Source of the DNA: Massilia sp. UBA2709
GTDB taxonomy: Bacteria; Pseudomonadota; Gammaproteobacteria; Burkholderiales; Burkholderiaceae_D
Assembly (NCBI GenBank): GCA_002354135.1
Contig: DEKZ01000120.1
Coordinates: 2,804-42,606, forward strand
Direction: 5' to 3'
Length of the DNA stretch: 39,803 nucleotides
This document shows positions 29,165 through 38,863 of this stretch, in pieces; the first letter of the stretch is position 1; every line of letters begins with the position of its first letter. The position numbers were made by a program, and so were the translations under genes. The notes beneath the pieces are model-generated. The model was not told where the DNA came from and searched no databases. It worked only from the letters and a program-made list of their open reading frames with translations.

Positions 29165-30943
29165 GTGGCAGCAATCAATACTGCAATCCCCACCCGTCAA
29201 TTCGATGTGGTCATCGTCGGCGCCGGCGGTTCCGGCCTGCGCGCCGCACTGCAACTGACCGAAGCTGGCTTGAACGTCGCCGTGCTGTCGAAGGTCTTCC
29301 CGACCCGTTCGCACACCGTGGCGGCGCAGGGTGGCATCGGTGCTTCGCTGGGCAACATGAGCGAAGACGACTGGTACTGGCACATGTTCGACACCGTCAA
29401 GGGCTCGGACTACCTGGGCGACCAGGATGCAATCGAATTCATGTGCCGCGAAGCACCGAAGGTCGTGTACGAACTCGAACACTTCGGCATGCCTTTCGAC
29501 CGCAACCCGGACGGCACCATCTACCAGCGTCCGTTCGGCGGCCACACCGCGAACTTCGGCGAGAAGCCGGTGCAGCGCGCCTGCGCGGCCGCCGACCGTA
29601 CCGGCCACGCCCTGCTGCACACCCTGTACCAGCGTAACGTCCGTTCGCGCACCCATTTCTTCGTCGAATGGCAGGCCCTGGACCTGGTCCGCAACGCCGA
29701 CGGCGACGTGCTGGGCGTGGTGGCACTGGAAATGGAAACCGGCGACGTCATGATGCTGCAGGCGAAGACCACCATCTTCGCCACCGGCGGCGCAGGCCGT
29801 ATCTTCGCCGCGTCGACCAACGCCTTCATCAACACCGGCGACGGCCTGGGCATGGCGGCGCGCGCCGGCATCCCGCTGCAGGACATGGAGTTCTGGCAGT
29901 TCCACCCGACCGGCGTGGCCGGCGCGGGCGTCCTGATCACGGAAGGTGTCCGTGGCGAAGGCGGTATCCTGATCAACTCGAACGGCGAACGCTTCATGGA
30001 GCGCTACGCGCCGACCCTGAAGGACCTGGCGCCGCGCGACTTCGTCTCGCGCTCGATGGACCAGGAGATCAAGGAAGGCCGCGGCGTCGGCCCGAACAAG
30101 GACCACGTCCTGCTGGACCTGCGCCACATCGGCGCCGACACCATCAAGAAGCGCCTGCCGTCGATTCTCGAAATCGGCCACAAGTTCGCCAACGTCGACG
30201 CGACCAAGGAACCGATCCCGGTCGTCCCGACCATCCACTACCAGATGGGCGGCATCCCGACCAACATCCACGGCCAGGTCGTCACCCCTGACGGCACCGG
30301 CGGCCAGAAGGTCGTCAACGGCCTGTACGCGATCGGCGAATGCTCCTGCGTCTCGGTGCACGGCGCGAACCGCCTGGGCACCAACTCGCTGCTCGACCTG
30401 GTGGTGTTCGGCCGCGCCGCCGGCAACCACATCGTCGCCCAGAACCTGAAGGCGCAGGGCAACCGCGCGCTGCCGAAGGACTTCGCCGACTATGCGCTGG
30501 ACCGCCTGAACCGCCAGGAAACCTCGACCGGCGGCGAGAAGGTGCAGCACGTCGCCAACGACATCCGCGCCACGATGCAGAAGTACTGCGGCGTGTTCCG
30601 TACCCAGGAACTGATGGACCAGGGCGTCAAGGAAATCATGAAGCTCGACGAGCGCCGCAAGCACGTCTCGTTCAAGGACAAGTCGAAGGTGTTCAACACC
30701 GCCCGCATCGAAGCGATCGAGCTGGACAACCTGATCGAAGTGGCCAAGGCGACCATCGTCTCGGCAGCGGCCCGCAAGGAATCGCGCGGCGCCCACGCCC
30801 ACAGCGATTTCCCGGAACGCGACGACAACAACTGGATGAAGCACACGCTGTTCTTCTCGGAAGGCAACCGTCTCGACTACAAGCCGGTCGTGACCAAGCC
30901 GCTGACGGTCGATACCTTCAAACCGAAGCCACGTACGTTCTGA
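29165..30943 (+). CDS. sdhA: Succinate dehydrogenase flavoprotein subunit
   Basis: GTG start at 29165; GAGGSG, SHTVAAQGG (flavinylated His), QFHPTG, TEGVRGEGG, HGANRLGTNSL. Confidence 0.98.
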   Translation: MAAINTAIPTRQFDVVIVGAGGSGLRAALQLTEAGLNVAVLSKVFPTRSHTVAAQGGIGASLGNMSEDDWYWHMFDTVKGSDYLGDQDAIEFMCREAPKVVYELEHFGMPFDRNPDGTIYQRPFGGHTANFGEKPVQRACAAADRTGHALLHTLYQRNVRSRTHFFVEWQALDLVRNADGDVLGVVALEMETGDVMMLQAKTTIFATGGAGRIFAASTNAFINTGDGLGMAARAGIPLQDMEFWQFHPTGVAGAGVLITEGVRGEGGILINSNGERFMERYAPTLKDLAPRDFVSRSMDQEIKEGRGVGPNKDHVLLDLRHIGADTIKKRLPSILEIGHKFANVDATKEPIPVVPTIHYQMGGIPTNIHGQVVTPDGTGGQKVVNGLYAIGECSCVSVHGANRLGTNSLLDLVVFGRAAGNHIVAQNLKAQGNRALPKDFADYALDRLNRQETSTGGEKVQHVANDIRATMQKYCGVFRTQELMDQGVKEIMKLDERRKHVSFKDKSKVFNTARIEAIELDNLIEVAKATIVSAAARKESRGAHAHSDFPERDDNNWMKHTLFFSEGNRLDYKPVVTKPLTVDTFKPKPRTF

Positions 30944-31020
30944 TCCACCGGTCGAACGCGAGAACGAACACAATTTTTGCGGACGGGAGCAGGCTCCCGT
31001 CCCCACTTGATAGGTAAAAC

Positions 31021-31731
31021 ATGGCACGCACAGTCCACCTGAAGATTTACCGCTACGATCCGGACAAGGATACGAAGCCTTACATGCAAGACGTCACCGT
31101 CGAACTGAAAGACACCGACAAGATGCTGCTCGACGCACTGCAGCGCATCAAGTCCGACGTCGACGATTCGCTGGCCCTGCGCCGCTCCTGCCGCGAAGGC
31201 GTGTGCGGTTCGGACGCGATGAACATCAACGGCAAGAACGGCCTGGCCTGCACCACCAACCTGAACGAGCTGACCCAGCCGATCGTGCTGCGTCCTCTGC
31301 CGGGCCTGCCGGTGGTGCGCGACCTGATCGTCGACATGACCAACTTCTTCAAGCAGTACCACTCGATCAAGCCGTTCCTGATCAACGACTCGATCAAGCC
31401 GGAGAAGGAACGCCTGCAGTCGCCGGAAGAGCGCGAAGAGCTCGACGGCCTGTACGAGTGCATCCTGTGCGCCTGCTGCTCGACCTCCTGCCCGTCGTTC
31501 TGGTGGAACCCGGACAAGTTCGTCGGTCCGGCCGGCCTGCTGCAGGCCTACCGCTTCATCGCCGACTCGCGCGACGAAGCCACCAACGAGCGCCTGGACA
31601 ACCTGGAAGACCCGTACCGCCTGTTCCGCTGCCACTCGATCATGAACTGCACGGACGTCTGCCCGAAGGGCCTGAATCCGAACAAGGCGATCGGCAAGAT
31701 CAAGGAATTGCTGGTTCGCCGGGCGATCTAA
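31021..31731 (+). CDS. sdhB: Succinate dehydrogenase iron-sulfur subunit
   Basis: [34 protein letters not shown]. Confidence 0.98.
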   Translation: MARTVHLKIYRYDPDKDTKPYMQDVTVELKDTDKMLLDALQRIKSDVDDSLALRRSCREGVCGSDAMNINGKNGLACTTNLNELTQPIVLRPLPGLPVVRDLIVDMTNFFKQYHSIKPFLINDSIKPEKERLQSPEEREELDGLYECILCACCSTSCPSFWWNPDKFVGPAGLLQAYRFIADSRDEATNERLDNLEDPYRLFRCHSIMNCTDVCPKGLNPNKAIGKIKELLVRRAI

Positions 31732-31788
31732 GCAGTTTGCCTGGTCGGCGCTCCCGCGGTTCGGCAGCGCCGATGCATTGCTCGTGAG

Positions 31789-31873
31789 ACAGCGTGGGCT
31801 CGGGAGCCCACCCTACGGGCTGACCGGTTTTGTAGGGTGGACCGGGCCGCGAAGGCACCTGTGTCCACGCTGT
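31789..31873. repeat. Divergent REP pair between sdhB and sdhE
   Basis: ACAGCGTGGGCTCGGGAGCCCACCCTAC (31789-31816, minus) and GTAGGGTGGACCGGGCCGCG...GTCCACGCTGT (31832-31873, plus). Confidence 0.8.
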
Positions 31874-32084
31874 ACCCCGCATGCGCACCACTGCGCATGC
31901 AACCGGACAATAACGTCCGTAAAGCAATATGCAGGACGAACAGCCTACCGTCCGTCCCGGGTCGCAAAAATCGGATATCCTCCGCCTGATTGCGCCCAAA
32001 GTATTGCCATAAATACAGTAGAAATACGGTACTGCCGAATGACGGCAGCCGGAGTATAGTGTTGACCCAACAACGGACTCTAGT

Positions 32085-32354
32085 GTGACTAAGCTGCATC
32101 AATCCGACCCCGCCAACCGTGCCCGCCTGCGCTGGCGTGCACGCCGGGGACTGCTCGAGAACGATCTGATCCTCACGCGCTTCCTGGATGCGCACGAAGA
32201 GGAACTGACCGACGAAGAGGTCGATGCGCTGACCCGCTTGCTGGACCTGGCGGACAACCCGCTGATGGACCTGCTGCTGGGACGCGCCGAGCCCGAAGGC
32301 GAAGTCGACCTGCCGCACGTGCGCGCCCTGGTGGCGCGGCTGCGCGAAGCGTGA
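32085..32354 (+). CDS. sdhE: FAD assembly factor SdhE
   Basis: RLRWRARRGLLENDLIL (RGxxE motif); located between sdhB and gltA. Confidence 0.92.
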   Translation: MTKLHQSDPANRARLRWRARRGLLENDLILTRFLDAHEEELTDEEVDALTRLLDLADNPLMDLLLGRAEPEGEVDLPHVRALVARLREA

Positions 32355-32409
32355 GCGAAACCCGTTTTCGTTTTACATTTTGTAGATCCACTCCCAAGAA
32401 GGAAGTGCC

Positions 32410-33711
32410 ATGAATATCTCTGATACCAAAGCCACACTGTCGTTCTCCGACGGCAGCCCATCGGTCGACATGCCGATTTACAAAGGCTCGATCGGCCCGG
32501 ACGTCATCGACATCCGCAAGCTGTACGGCCAGACCGGCAAGTTCACGTACGACCCTGGCTTCATGTCGACTGCCTCGTGCAATTCGAGCATCACCTACAT
32601 CGACGGTGACAAGGGCGAGCTGCTGTACCGCGGCTACCCGATCGAACAGCTGGCAGTGAACTGCGACTTCCTGGAAACCTGCTACCTGCTGCTGAACGGC
32701 GAACTGCCGAACGCAGAACAGAAGGCCAAGTTCGAGAACACCGTGACCCGCCACACGATGATTCACGAGCAGATGAACTTCTTCTTCCGCGGCTTCCGCC
32801 GCGACGCGCACCCGATGTCGGTCCTGGTCGGCACCGTCGGCGCGCTGGCCTCGTTCTACCACGACTCGCTCGACATCAACGATCCGGAACAGCGCGAAAT
32901 CTCCGCGATCCGCCTGATCGCCAAGATGCCGACCCTGGTCGCGATGGCCTACAAGTACTCGATCGGCCAGCCGTTCGTGTACCCGCGCAACGACCTGTCG
33001 TACAGCGCCAACTTCATGTACATGATGTTCGCCAACCCGTGCGAAGAGTACAAGGTCAACGACGTGCTGGTGCGCGCCCTGGACCGCATCCTGATCCTGC
33101 ACGCCGACCACGAGCAGAACGCATCGACCTCGACCGTCCGCCTGGCCGGCTCGTCGGGCGCCAACCCGTTCGCCTGTATCGCTGCCGGTATCGCCTGCCT
33201 GTGGGGCCCTGCCCACGGCGGCGCCAACGAAGCGGCACTGAACATGCTGAAGGAAATCGGCTCGGTCGAGAACATCCCTGCCTTCATCGAGAAGGTCAAG
33301 GACAAGAACTCGGGCGTGAAGCTGATGGGCTTCGGTCACCGCGTGTACAAGAACTTCGACCCGCGCGCCAAGCTGATGCGCGAAACCTGCCACGAAGTGC
33401 TGAACGAACTGGGCCTGCAGGACGACCCGCTGTTCAAGCTGGCCATGGAACTGGAACGCATCGCCCTGGAAGACGAATATTTCGTGTCGCGCAAGCTGTA
33501 CCCGAACGTCGACTTCTACTCGGGTATCGTGCAGTCGGCACTGGGCATCCCGGTCTCGCTGTTCACCGGCATCTTCGCAATGGCCCGTACGATCGGCTGG
33601 ATTGCGCAGTGGAACGAAATGATCGCCGATCCGGAACAGAAGATCGGCCGTCCGCGCCAGCTGTTCGTGGGTTCGCCGGTGCGTGACGTGCCTTCGATCG
33701 ACAAGCGCTGA
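32410..33711 (+). CDS. gltA: Type II citrate synthase
   Basis: [44 protein letters not shown]. Confidence 0.98.
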   Translation: MNISDTKATLSFSDGSPSVDMPIYKGSIGPDVIDIRKLYGQTGKFTYDPGFMSTASCNSSITYIDGDKGELLYRGYPIEQLAVNCDFLETCYLLLNGELPNAEQKAKFENTVTRHTMIHEQMNFFFRGFRRDAHPMSVLVGTVGALASFYHDSLDINDPEQREISAIRLIAKMPTLVAMAYKYSIGQPFVYPRNDLSYSANFMYMMFANPCEEYKVNDVLVRALDRILILHADHEQNASTSTVRLAGSSGANPFACIAAGIACLWGPAHGGANEAALNMLKEIGSVENIPAFIEKVKDKNSGVKLMGFGHRVYKNFDPRAKLMRETCHEVLNELGLQDDPLFKLAMELERIALEDEYFVSRKLYPNVDFYSGIVQSALGIPVSLFTGIFAMARTIGWIAQWNEMIADPEQKIGRPRQLFVGSPVRDVPSIDKR

Positions 33712-33729
33712 TCGAAACGTTGTTTCGTG

Positions 33730-33757
33730 AAAAAGCGGGCTCCGGCCCGCTTTTTTT
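33730..33757 (+). terminator. gltA terminator
   Basis: AAAAAGCGGGC-TCCG-GCCCGCTTTTTTT. Confidence 0.9.
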
Positions 33758-33866
33758 ATGCGTGGAGCGAAAGACGTCGGTTGCTCCCGCAACATCGCAA
33801 TCCCGCATCACGCCCCATCCGCAGACTCACATTCCCAACACTTTCCCAGCGTTTGCGGTCAATTAC

Positions 33867-33896
33867 TTGCATATAGGAAATAACCAATTCTATACT
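33867..33896 (+). promoter_or_regulatory. Putative promoter of the Cys-rich gene
   Basis: TTGCAT-N18-TATACT in an AT-rich patch. Confidence 0.5.
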
Positions 33897-33979
33897 GCAA
33901 ACACGCGATCGCATGCCTGCCTGGACAACACCCAGCAGCACTGCGCGACCTGCGATTCCTGTCCACTGTCGAGAACAAC

Positions 33980-35077
33980 ATGAACGTCACCTTCCGGAAA
34001 CTCGGTCTTCCCTTCGCCCTCGCCGCATTTGCCGCCACCGCCCCGTCGCTTGCCGCGGACAACACCGGCACGGCCGTTGCAGTTCCCGCCACGACCGTCG
34101 CACTACCTGCCGGCCAGCCGGTTCCCCACTTTTCCGCAAAGGGTCCGGTCCGGCTGGATGTGAACTTCTACAGCGAGAAGGACAGGAAGATGGACCAGCT
34201 GCGCATCGTGAAGCGCTCGACCGTCGTGGGCACCAACGCCGCCAACGTCGCGGCAGGCGTGGCGCTGGCGGTGCTGGGCGCGCCGACGGCGATCAACGGG
34301 CACGCGAAGGAGGATTTCTATGGCGACGAGATCACCGACGCACAGGACAAACGCAAGCTGGCCAGCCCCTTCCTGGTCGAATTGCCGGCCCTGCTGGACC
34401 AGAAGATCATCGATCTCGCCGACGACGAGGAAGGCGACGCGCCATCCTACAAGAACGTCCTGTCTATCCGGCCGGTCGCCTGGAACCTGATGTACAACGA
34501 GCTGACGGCGGACAAGGAACACGAAGACGAATACGTGCTGCGCTTTGCCGCCGCGTTTTCCAAGGTGCTCGAAGGGGAAGAGGACGGTTTCCTGCGCAAG
34601 GCGCGCAAGGTGGAACGCGAGTGCCAATACGTGTCGAAGCCGCAGTCCCTGGCCGCATGGCAGCAAAACGATTACGACGCCGTTGCGGCCGAGCAGAAAC
34701 GCGCGACCCAGGCTTGCATCGACCAGCTCGCGCCCTACCTGTCGGCCTTCCTGGGGATCGATTCGAACACCAGGATCCGCGCGGCCAAGCTGAACTGCAA
34801 GAACACCTTCAAACAGTGCGTGGCCGGCGCCGACGGCGCCGCGGAACCGAGCGAGCGCAAGAAGATCTGCAAGCAAGAATACAAGCAGTGCGTCAGCACC
34901 GACGTCAAACCGCTCATCAGCATGACGCCGGTCGGCCAGTGCAAGGATACGTTCGCGTCCTGCAAGGCGGCGGTTTTCGAGAAGGCGCGCGCGATCAACC
35001 CGGACCAGAAGCCGCCGAAGTCGGAGTTCGTGCCTTGTTCGACGGAATACAAGGCCTGCGTGGCTGCAACCCGGTAA
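33980..35077 (+). CDS. Secreted hypothetical protein with C-terminal Cys-repeat domain
   Basis: Signal peptide (...PSLAA); 10 Cys, eight of them in four C-x3-[FY]-x2-C units. Confidence 0.82.
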   Translation: MNVTFRKLGLPFALAAFAATAPSLAADNTGTAVAVPATTVALPAGQPVPHFSAKGPVRLDVNFYSEKDRKMDQLRIVKRSTVVGTNAANVAAGVALAVLGAPTAINGHAKEDFYGDEITDAQDKRKLASPFLVELPALLDQKIIDLADDEEGDAPSYKNVLSIRPVAWNLMYNELTADKEHEDEYVLRFAAAFSKVLEGEEDGFLRKARKVERECQYVSKPQSLAAWQQNDYDAVAAEQKRATQACIDQLAPYLSAFLGIDSNTRIRAAKLNCKNTFKQCVAGADGAAEPSERKKICKQEYKQCVSTDVKPLISMTPVGQCKDTFASCKAAVFEKARAINPDQKPPKSEFVPCSTEYKACVAATR

Positions 35078-35219
35078 ATGCGTGCGGCAGCGCGGCGAAC
35101 AGCGGCGCTGTCACCGAAGTCATGGCGCTGGCGACAGCGGCGGGTACGGGTTCACCTGCAAGGTGAATCCGTTCGTCGTTCGGAGCGCGACAGGCGCGGA
35201 TTCGTCTGCGTCGTTCTTG

Positions 35220-35245
35220 AAAAGCGGGCTGAGGCCCGCTTTTTT
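35220..35245 (+). terminator. Terminator, near-copy of the gltA terminator
   Basis: AAAAGCGGGC-TGAG-GCCCGCTTTTTT. Confidence 0.85.
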
Positions 35246-35269
35246 ATTGTCCCGTCGTCCCGGGTGGTG

Positions 35270-35297
35270 TTGACGGAATGGACAGGGGGGCTATACT
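35270..35297 (+). promoter_or_regulatory. Sigma70-type promoter upstream of the rnk leader
   Basis: TTGACG-N16-TATACT. Confidence 0.7.
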
Positions 35298-35301
35298 GGG
35301 C

Positions 35302-35432
35302 TCCTGTACGCTGATCGATAGCGCATGCGCAGTACGGCGTGGGTTCGAGAACCCACCCTACGGGGCCGCGATCCTCTACACTGATCGTGCACGCAGGCGC
35401 CGTACAGCGTGGGCATAAGTGCCCACCCTACG
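35302..35432. repeat. Two tandem 61-bp units (70-bp period), each ending in a REP hairpin
   Basis: 35302-35362 versus 35372-35432 align without gaps at 46/61 identical; both end in CCCACCCTACG. Confidence 0.85.
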
Positions 35433-35446
35433 AAAGTCAAAAGACC

Positions 35447-35626
35447 ATGAACCATCTGAGCAATTGCCAGCATTGCGGTTCGCCCCTGAACGAGGGAGGT
35501 CTGTTGTCGCCTGTCCGTTTCACGTCTTCTTCCAGTGCGCCGTCCGAGCGCGCCATCATGGCCGCGCGCGCGGTGCAGCGCTTCGCGCGAAATCTCGCCT
35601 GGCTCTCCGGGGCTCGGCGAGGATAA
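35447..35626 (+). CDS. Small ORF / putative leader peptide upstream of rnk (59 aa, CxxC)
   Basis: MNHLSNCQHCGSPLNEGG...AARAVQRFARNLAWLSGARRG, lying between the promoter and rnk; weak RBS. Confidence 0.45.
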   Translation: MNHLSNCQHCGSPLNEGGLLSPVRFTSSSSAPSERAIMAARAVQRFARNLAWLSGARRG

Positions 35627-35754
35627 ACCCGGTCGGCGCCACGCCACCCGTCCTCCCGAGCCTCTCCATCGCATTGACTTCGCCCGCAGCCGCGGGCGCT
35701 TCCTTCATCCGGCCGCACAGACAGAAAGCGGCCAACACATTTTGGAGTCACAAC

Positions 35755-36162
35755 ATGAGACCGAATATCGTCGTATCGTCGCTGGACATGGAGCGCCTGG
35801 AGGCGCTGATCGATTCGCTGCCGTCCGCCCAGGCCGACAACTGCGCCGCGCTGCTGGAGGAGCTCTCGCGCGCCGACATGGTGGAGCCGCAGGACATGCC
35901 GCCCGACGTCGTCACCATGAATTCGCGCGTGCGCTTTGTGCTCGACGGCAAGGCCGAGGAATTCGACATGCAACTGGCCTACCCGAAGGACGTGAACGGC
36001 GAGGCCGACAAGCTGTCGGTGCTGACCCCGGTCGGCAATGCGCTGCTGGGCCTGAAGGTGGGCGAGAGCATCGACTGGAAGCGTCCCGATGGCGGCGCCT
36101 TTCAGGTGCGCGTGCTCGATATCGTCTACCAGCCCGAACGCGCGGGCGAGCTGCACCGCTGA
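35755..36162 (+). CDS. rnk: Regulator of nucleoside diphosphate kinase (GreA/GreB-like)
   Basis: 135 aa after a GGAG RBS; LDMERLE, ELSRA, DVVTMNSRV, LAYP, SVLTPVG.ALLGL.VG, YQPE.AG. Confidence 0.93.
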   Translation: MRPNIVVSSLDMERLEALIDSLPSAQADNCAALLEELSRADMVEPQDMPPDVVTMNSRVRFVLDGKAEEFDMQLAYPKDVNGEADKLSVLTPVGNALLGLKVGESIDWKRPDGGAFQVRVLDIVYQPERAGELHR

Positions 36163-36169
36163 TCGATTT

Positions 36170-36595
36170 TCAGCGGCACTTGCCGCGGATCTTGGCCACT
36201 GCAACAAAAGGCAGGGCCAGCAAGCCACCCAGGAAGAAGGTCGGTTGCCGCTTCAGGCCGTCCGGATGCAGGCAATCGGGGACCTTCGCCTCATGGAACT
36301 CGCGCCCGAATTGCTCATAGGCGGCGCCGCTGAGGGTGTCGCCCTGGTACAGCTGGGGGTAGTCGTCCGCGTCCGTCAACGTGGCCTTGACGGCCTTGCG
36401 GATGGCCTCGCCGTCGAGGCGGGCGCGCAGCGATGGCGCTGCCGGCGTCTCCGCTTTCTCCACTTTCTCCGTTTTCCCTGTTTTCTCCGGTTCGGATGGC
36501 GCCGCCGCGGCGCCCGGCAGGACCGCCGGCGGTTCGGCGCGTGCAGGAGGGGTAGCCAGGGCAAGGCAGAGCAGGCAAACGGCGAGTTGGCGCAT
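36170..36595 (-). CDS. Exported hypothetical protein
   Basis: Signal peptide ending ARA; C-terminal F.EAKVPDCL...GLLALPF...GKC. Confidence 0.7.
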   Translation of the reverse strand: MRQLAVCLLCLALATPPARAEPPAVLPGAAAAPSEPEKTGKTEKVEKAETPAAPSLRARLDGEAIRKAVKATLTDADDYPQLYQGDTLSGAAYEQFGREFHEAKVPDCLHPDGLKRQPTFFLGGLLALPFVAVAKIRGKCR

Positions 36596-36716
36596 GGTCG
36601 GCTGGTAAAAGTTGATGTTGCCAAATGTACACGAACATCGGGCGATTTTGCTTCATTGTACAAATAGTTACATACTGCTGTGTACAATCCACACTTTCAG
36701 TCGATGGAATGTGCCC

Positions 36717-37211
36717 ATGAAACGCCTGCTGCTCGCTTTCTCCCTGCTGTTCTGCGCCCTGGGCGCCCATGCGGATTCGACCCTGAAGCGCCAGGTGGAT
36801 GCCTTCGTAGACCGCTGGCATGACGACGCGGCGCACGCGCGCATGAGCTACTTCGACAAGATCGCGAAAGACGGCATCTACATCGGCACCGACAAGACCG
36901 AGCGCTGGCGCCGCGACGAGTTCAAGGCCTGGGCGCGTCCTTACTTCAAGCGCAAGTCGGCCTGGGCCTTCAAGGCCATCAAGCGCCACGTCTATGCGTC
37001 GAAAGACGGCGCCATGGTCTGGTTCGACGAACTGCTCGACACCCAGATGGGCGTGTGCCAGGCCAGCGGCGTCATGCGCCGCAAGGGCGACAGTTTCGAG
37101 ATCGTCCACTACCAGCTCTCGATGGCGGTGCCGAACGAGGTAGGCGGGCAGGTGACCCGGCTGATCAAGGATTTCGAGGCCAAGGACGGCTGGAAGGCCA
37201 CGAGCCATTAA
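36717..37211 (+). CDS. Exported NTF2/SnoaL-like domain protein
   Basis: Signal peptide ending AHA; WHDDAA, YIGTD.TERW, WFDELL, SGV, IVHYQLS. Confidence 0.85.
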   Translation: MKRLLLAFSLLFCALGAHADSTLKRQVDAFVDRWHDDAAHARMSYFDKIAKDGIYIGTDKTERWRRDEFKAWARPYFKRKSAWAFKAIKRHVYASKDGAMVWFDELLDTQMGVCQASGVMRRKGDSFEIVHYQLSMAVPNEVGGQVTRLIKDFEAKDGWKATSH

Positions 37212-37312
37212 GAGCGGCCGACAAAACCTCCATGGCTGCGTTGCAGCTCCTCGCCGTACAGGCGTACTGTCTTCGTCGCCGCGCCTTGCCCTGGAGGCTT
37301 TGTCAGACGCTC
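37212..37312. mobile_element. MITE-like element of about 101 bp with imperfect terminal inverted repeats
   Basis: Left end GAGCGGCCGACAAAACCTCCA versus reverse complement of right end GAGCGTCTGACAAAGCCTCCA, 18/21 identical; abuts the TAA stop of the upstream gene. Confidence 0.65.
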
Positions 37313-37367
37313 CAGGAAGCGCCCTGTGGTATCGTGATGCCCCTGTAAAACGCATCCTGTTCCACAC

Positions 37368-38279
37368 GTGAGCAACACCTACATCGGCCGTTTCGCGCCA
37401 TCGCCCACCGGACCGCTGCATGCCGGTTCGCTGGTGGCGGCGCTGGCCAGCTACCTCGATGCGCGCGCCCACCACGGCCAGTGGCTGGTGCGCATCGAAG
37501 ACATCGACGAGGGCCGCAGCGTGCCCGGCGCCGACGGGGCGATCCTGGCCCTGCTGGACTCGCTCGGCATGCATTCCGACGCCGAGGTGGTCTGGCAGAG
37601 CCGCCGCAAGCACCTCTACCAGGCCGCCGCCGAGCGGCTGGGCGATCATGCCTATGCCTGCGGCTGCAACCGCCGCGAGATCGTCGATTCGCGCCTGGGC
37701 GTGGCCCCCGACGGCGCGGCGATCTATCCCGGCACCTGCCGCGCCGGACTGGCGCCGGGCCGTAGCATGCGCAGCCTGCGCCTGCGCGTGCCGGATGCGG
37801 GGCAGGACGCCGTCACCTTCACCGACCGCTTCATGGGCAGGCTGACCCAGCACCTGGCCAGCGAGGCCGGCGACTTCGTCCTGAAGCGCGCCGACGGCTA
37901 CTGGGCCTACCAGCTGGCGGTGGTGGTCGACGATGCCGACCAGGGCGTGACCGACATCGTGCGCGGCGCCGACCTGATCGATTCGACCGCGCGCCAGATC
38001 TACCTGCAACGGCTGCTCGGGGTGCCGACGCCGCGCTACCTGCACGTGCCGGTGGTGCGCAATGCCGACGGCGAGAAGCTCTCGAAACAGACCGGCGCGC
38101 TGGCCATCCTGCCCGGCGACGAAGCGGCGGCGGTCGCGGCCTTGCTGGACGCCGCGCGCTTCCTCGGCCTGCCGCTCGAACGCCCCGACTCGCTCGCCAG
38201 CTTCTGGGGCGCGGCCATCCCCGCCTGGAAAGCCATGCTGGCCGAGCGGGAGGGGCGGCCATTGCGTTCCCAGAGCTAG
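37368..38279 (+). CDS. gluQ: Glutamyl-queuosine tRNA(Asp) synthetase
   Basis: [24 protein letters not shown]...Y..TC zinc motif, [19 protein letters not shown]; no anticodon-binding domain (303 aa). Confidence 0.95.
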   Translation: MSNTYIGRFAPSPTGPLHAGSLVAALASYLDARAHHGQWLVRIEDIDEGRSVPGADGAILALLDSLGMHSDAEVVWQSRRKHLYQAAAERLGDHAYACGCNRREIVDSRLGVAPDGAAIYPGTCRAGLAPGRSMRSLRLRVPDAGQDAVTFTDRFMGRLTQHLASEAGDFVLKRADGYWAYQLAVVVDDADQGVTDIVRGADLIDSTARQIYLQRLLGVPTPRYLHVPVVRNADGEKLSKQTGALAILPGDEAAAVAALLDAARFLGLPLERPDSLASFWGAAIPAWKAMLAEREGRPLRSQS

Positions 38280-38863
38280 GCCCGGCGCCGCCGCGCCATC
38301 ATCCCCAGGCCGGCCATTCCCATCGCCAGCATGCCCCACGTTGCCGGTTCCGGGATCGGCGCGGCGACCATGAAGCCGCGGATTTCACCTTGCGGATACC
38401 GGTCCGTGTGGATGTTGAGGTAAGCCTGGCTGCTGTTGATGGCGTCGATCAGGGCGGCGCTGGCCGACTGCGGCGTGCCGCCGAAGGCCGACAGGAAGGC
38501 CGGATCGTAGACCGTGGCGTCGCTCAGGTCGAAGGCGTGGGAATAGGTGCCGGCCGTGACCCCGAGCGGGAAGTCGACGAAGGGAATCGCGATCGGTGCC
38601 ACGCCGGTGAACGAGGCCGTGGTGCAGCAGTGGATCTGCGCCATCGTGGTGGCGCCGAGCAGGTCGCGGAAGGGCACTTCGGCGCGCAGGATGTTGCCGT
38701 CGAGTTCGAACGCCGCCACGCTCGAACCGGGCGAGCCGTTCGGCGGGCTTTCGCCCGGGCCGCTGGCGGTCGCCTTGATGATGGTGTCCGCCTGGGCCTG
38801 CGCGACGGCCGGCGCGCAGGCCGCCGCCGCGGCCAGGGCGAGAATGGAAAGACTTCGTTTCAT
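38276..38863 (-). CDS. CHRD-domain protein with PEP-CTERM sorting signal
   Basis: AGGAGG RBS; signal peptide; AYLNIHT..YP.GEIRG (CHRD); C-terminal [10 protein letters not shown]...[11 protein letters not shown]. Confidence 0.9.
   Translation of the reverse strand: MKRSLSILALAAAAACAPAVAQAQADTIIKATASGPGESPPNGSPGSSVAAFELDGNILRAEVPFRDLLGATTMAQIHCCTTASFTGVAPIAIPFVDFPLGVTAGTYSHAFDLSDATVYDPAFLSAFGGTPQSASAALIDAINSSQAYLNIHTDRYPQGEIRGFMVAAPIPEPATWGMLAMGMAGLGMMARRRRA

Noticed and set aside
29123..33795. Antisense ORFs over sdhA, sdhB and gltA
   Set aside because: Mirror frames of conserved housekeeping genes.
35302..35432. CRISPR array interpretation of the tandem repeats
   Set aside because: Only two units, the inter-hairpin segments are similar rather than unique spacers, the same hairpin is dispersed elsewhere as REP, and no cas genes are present.
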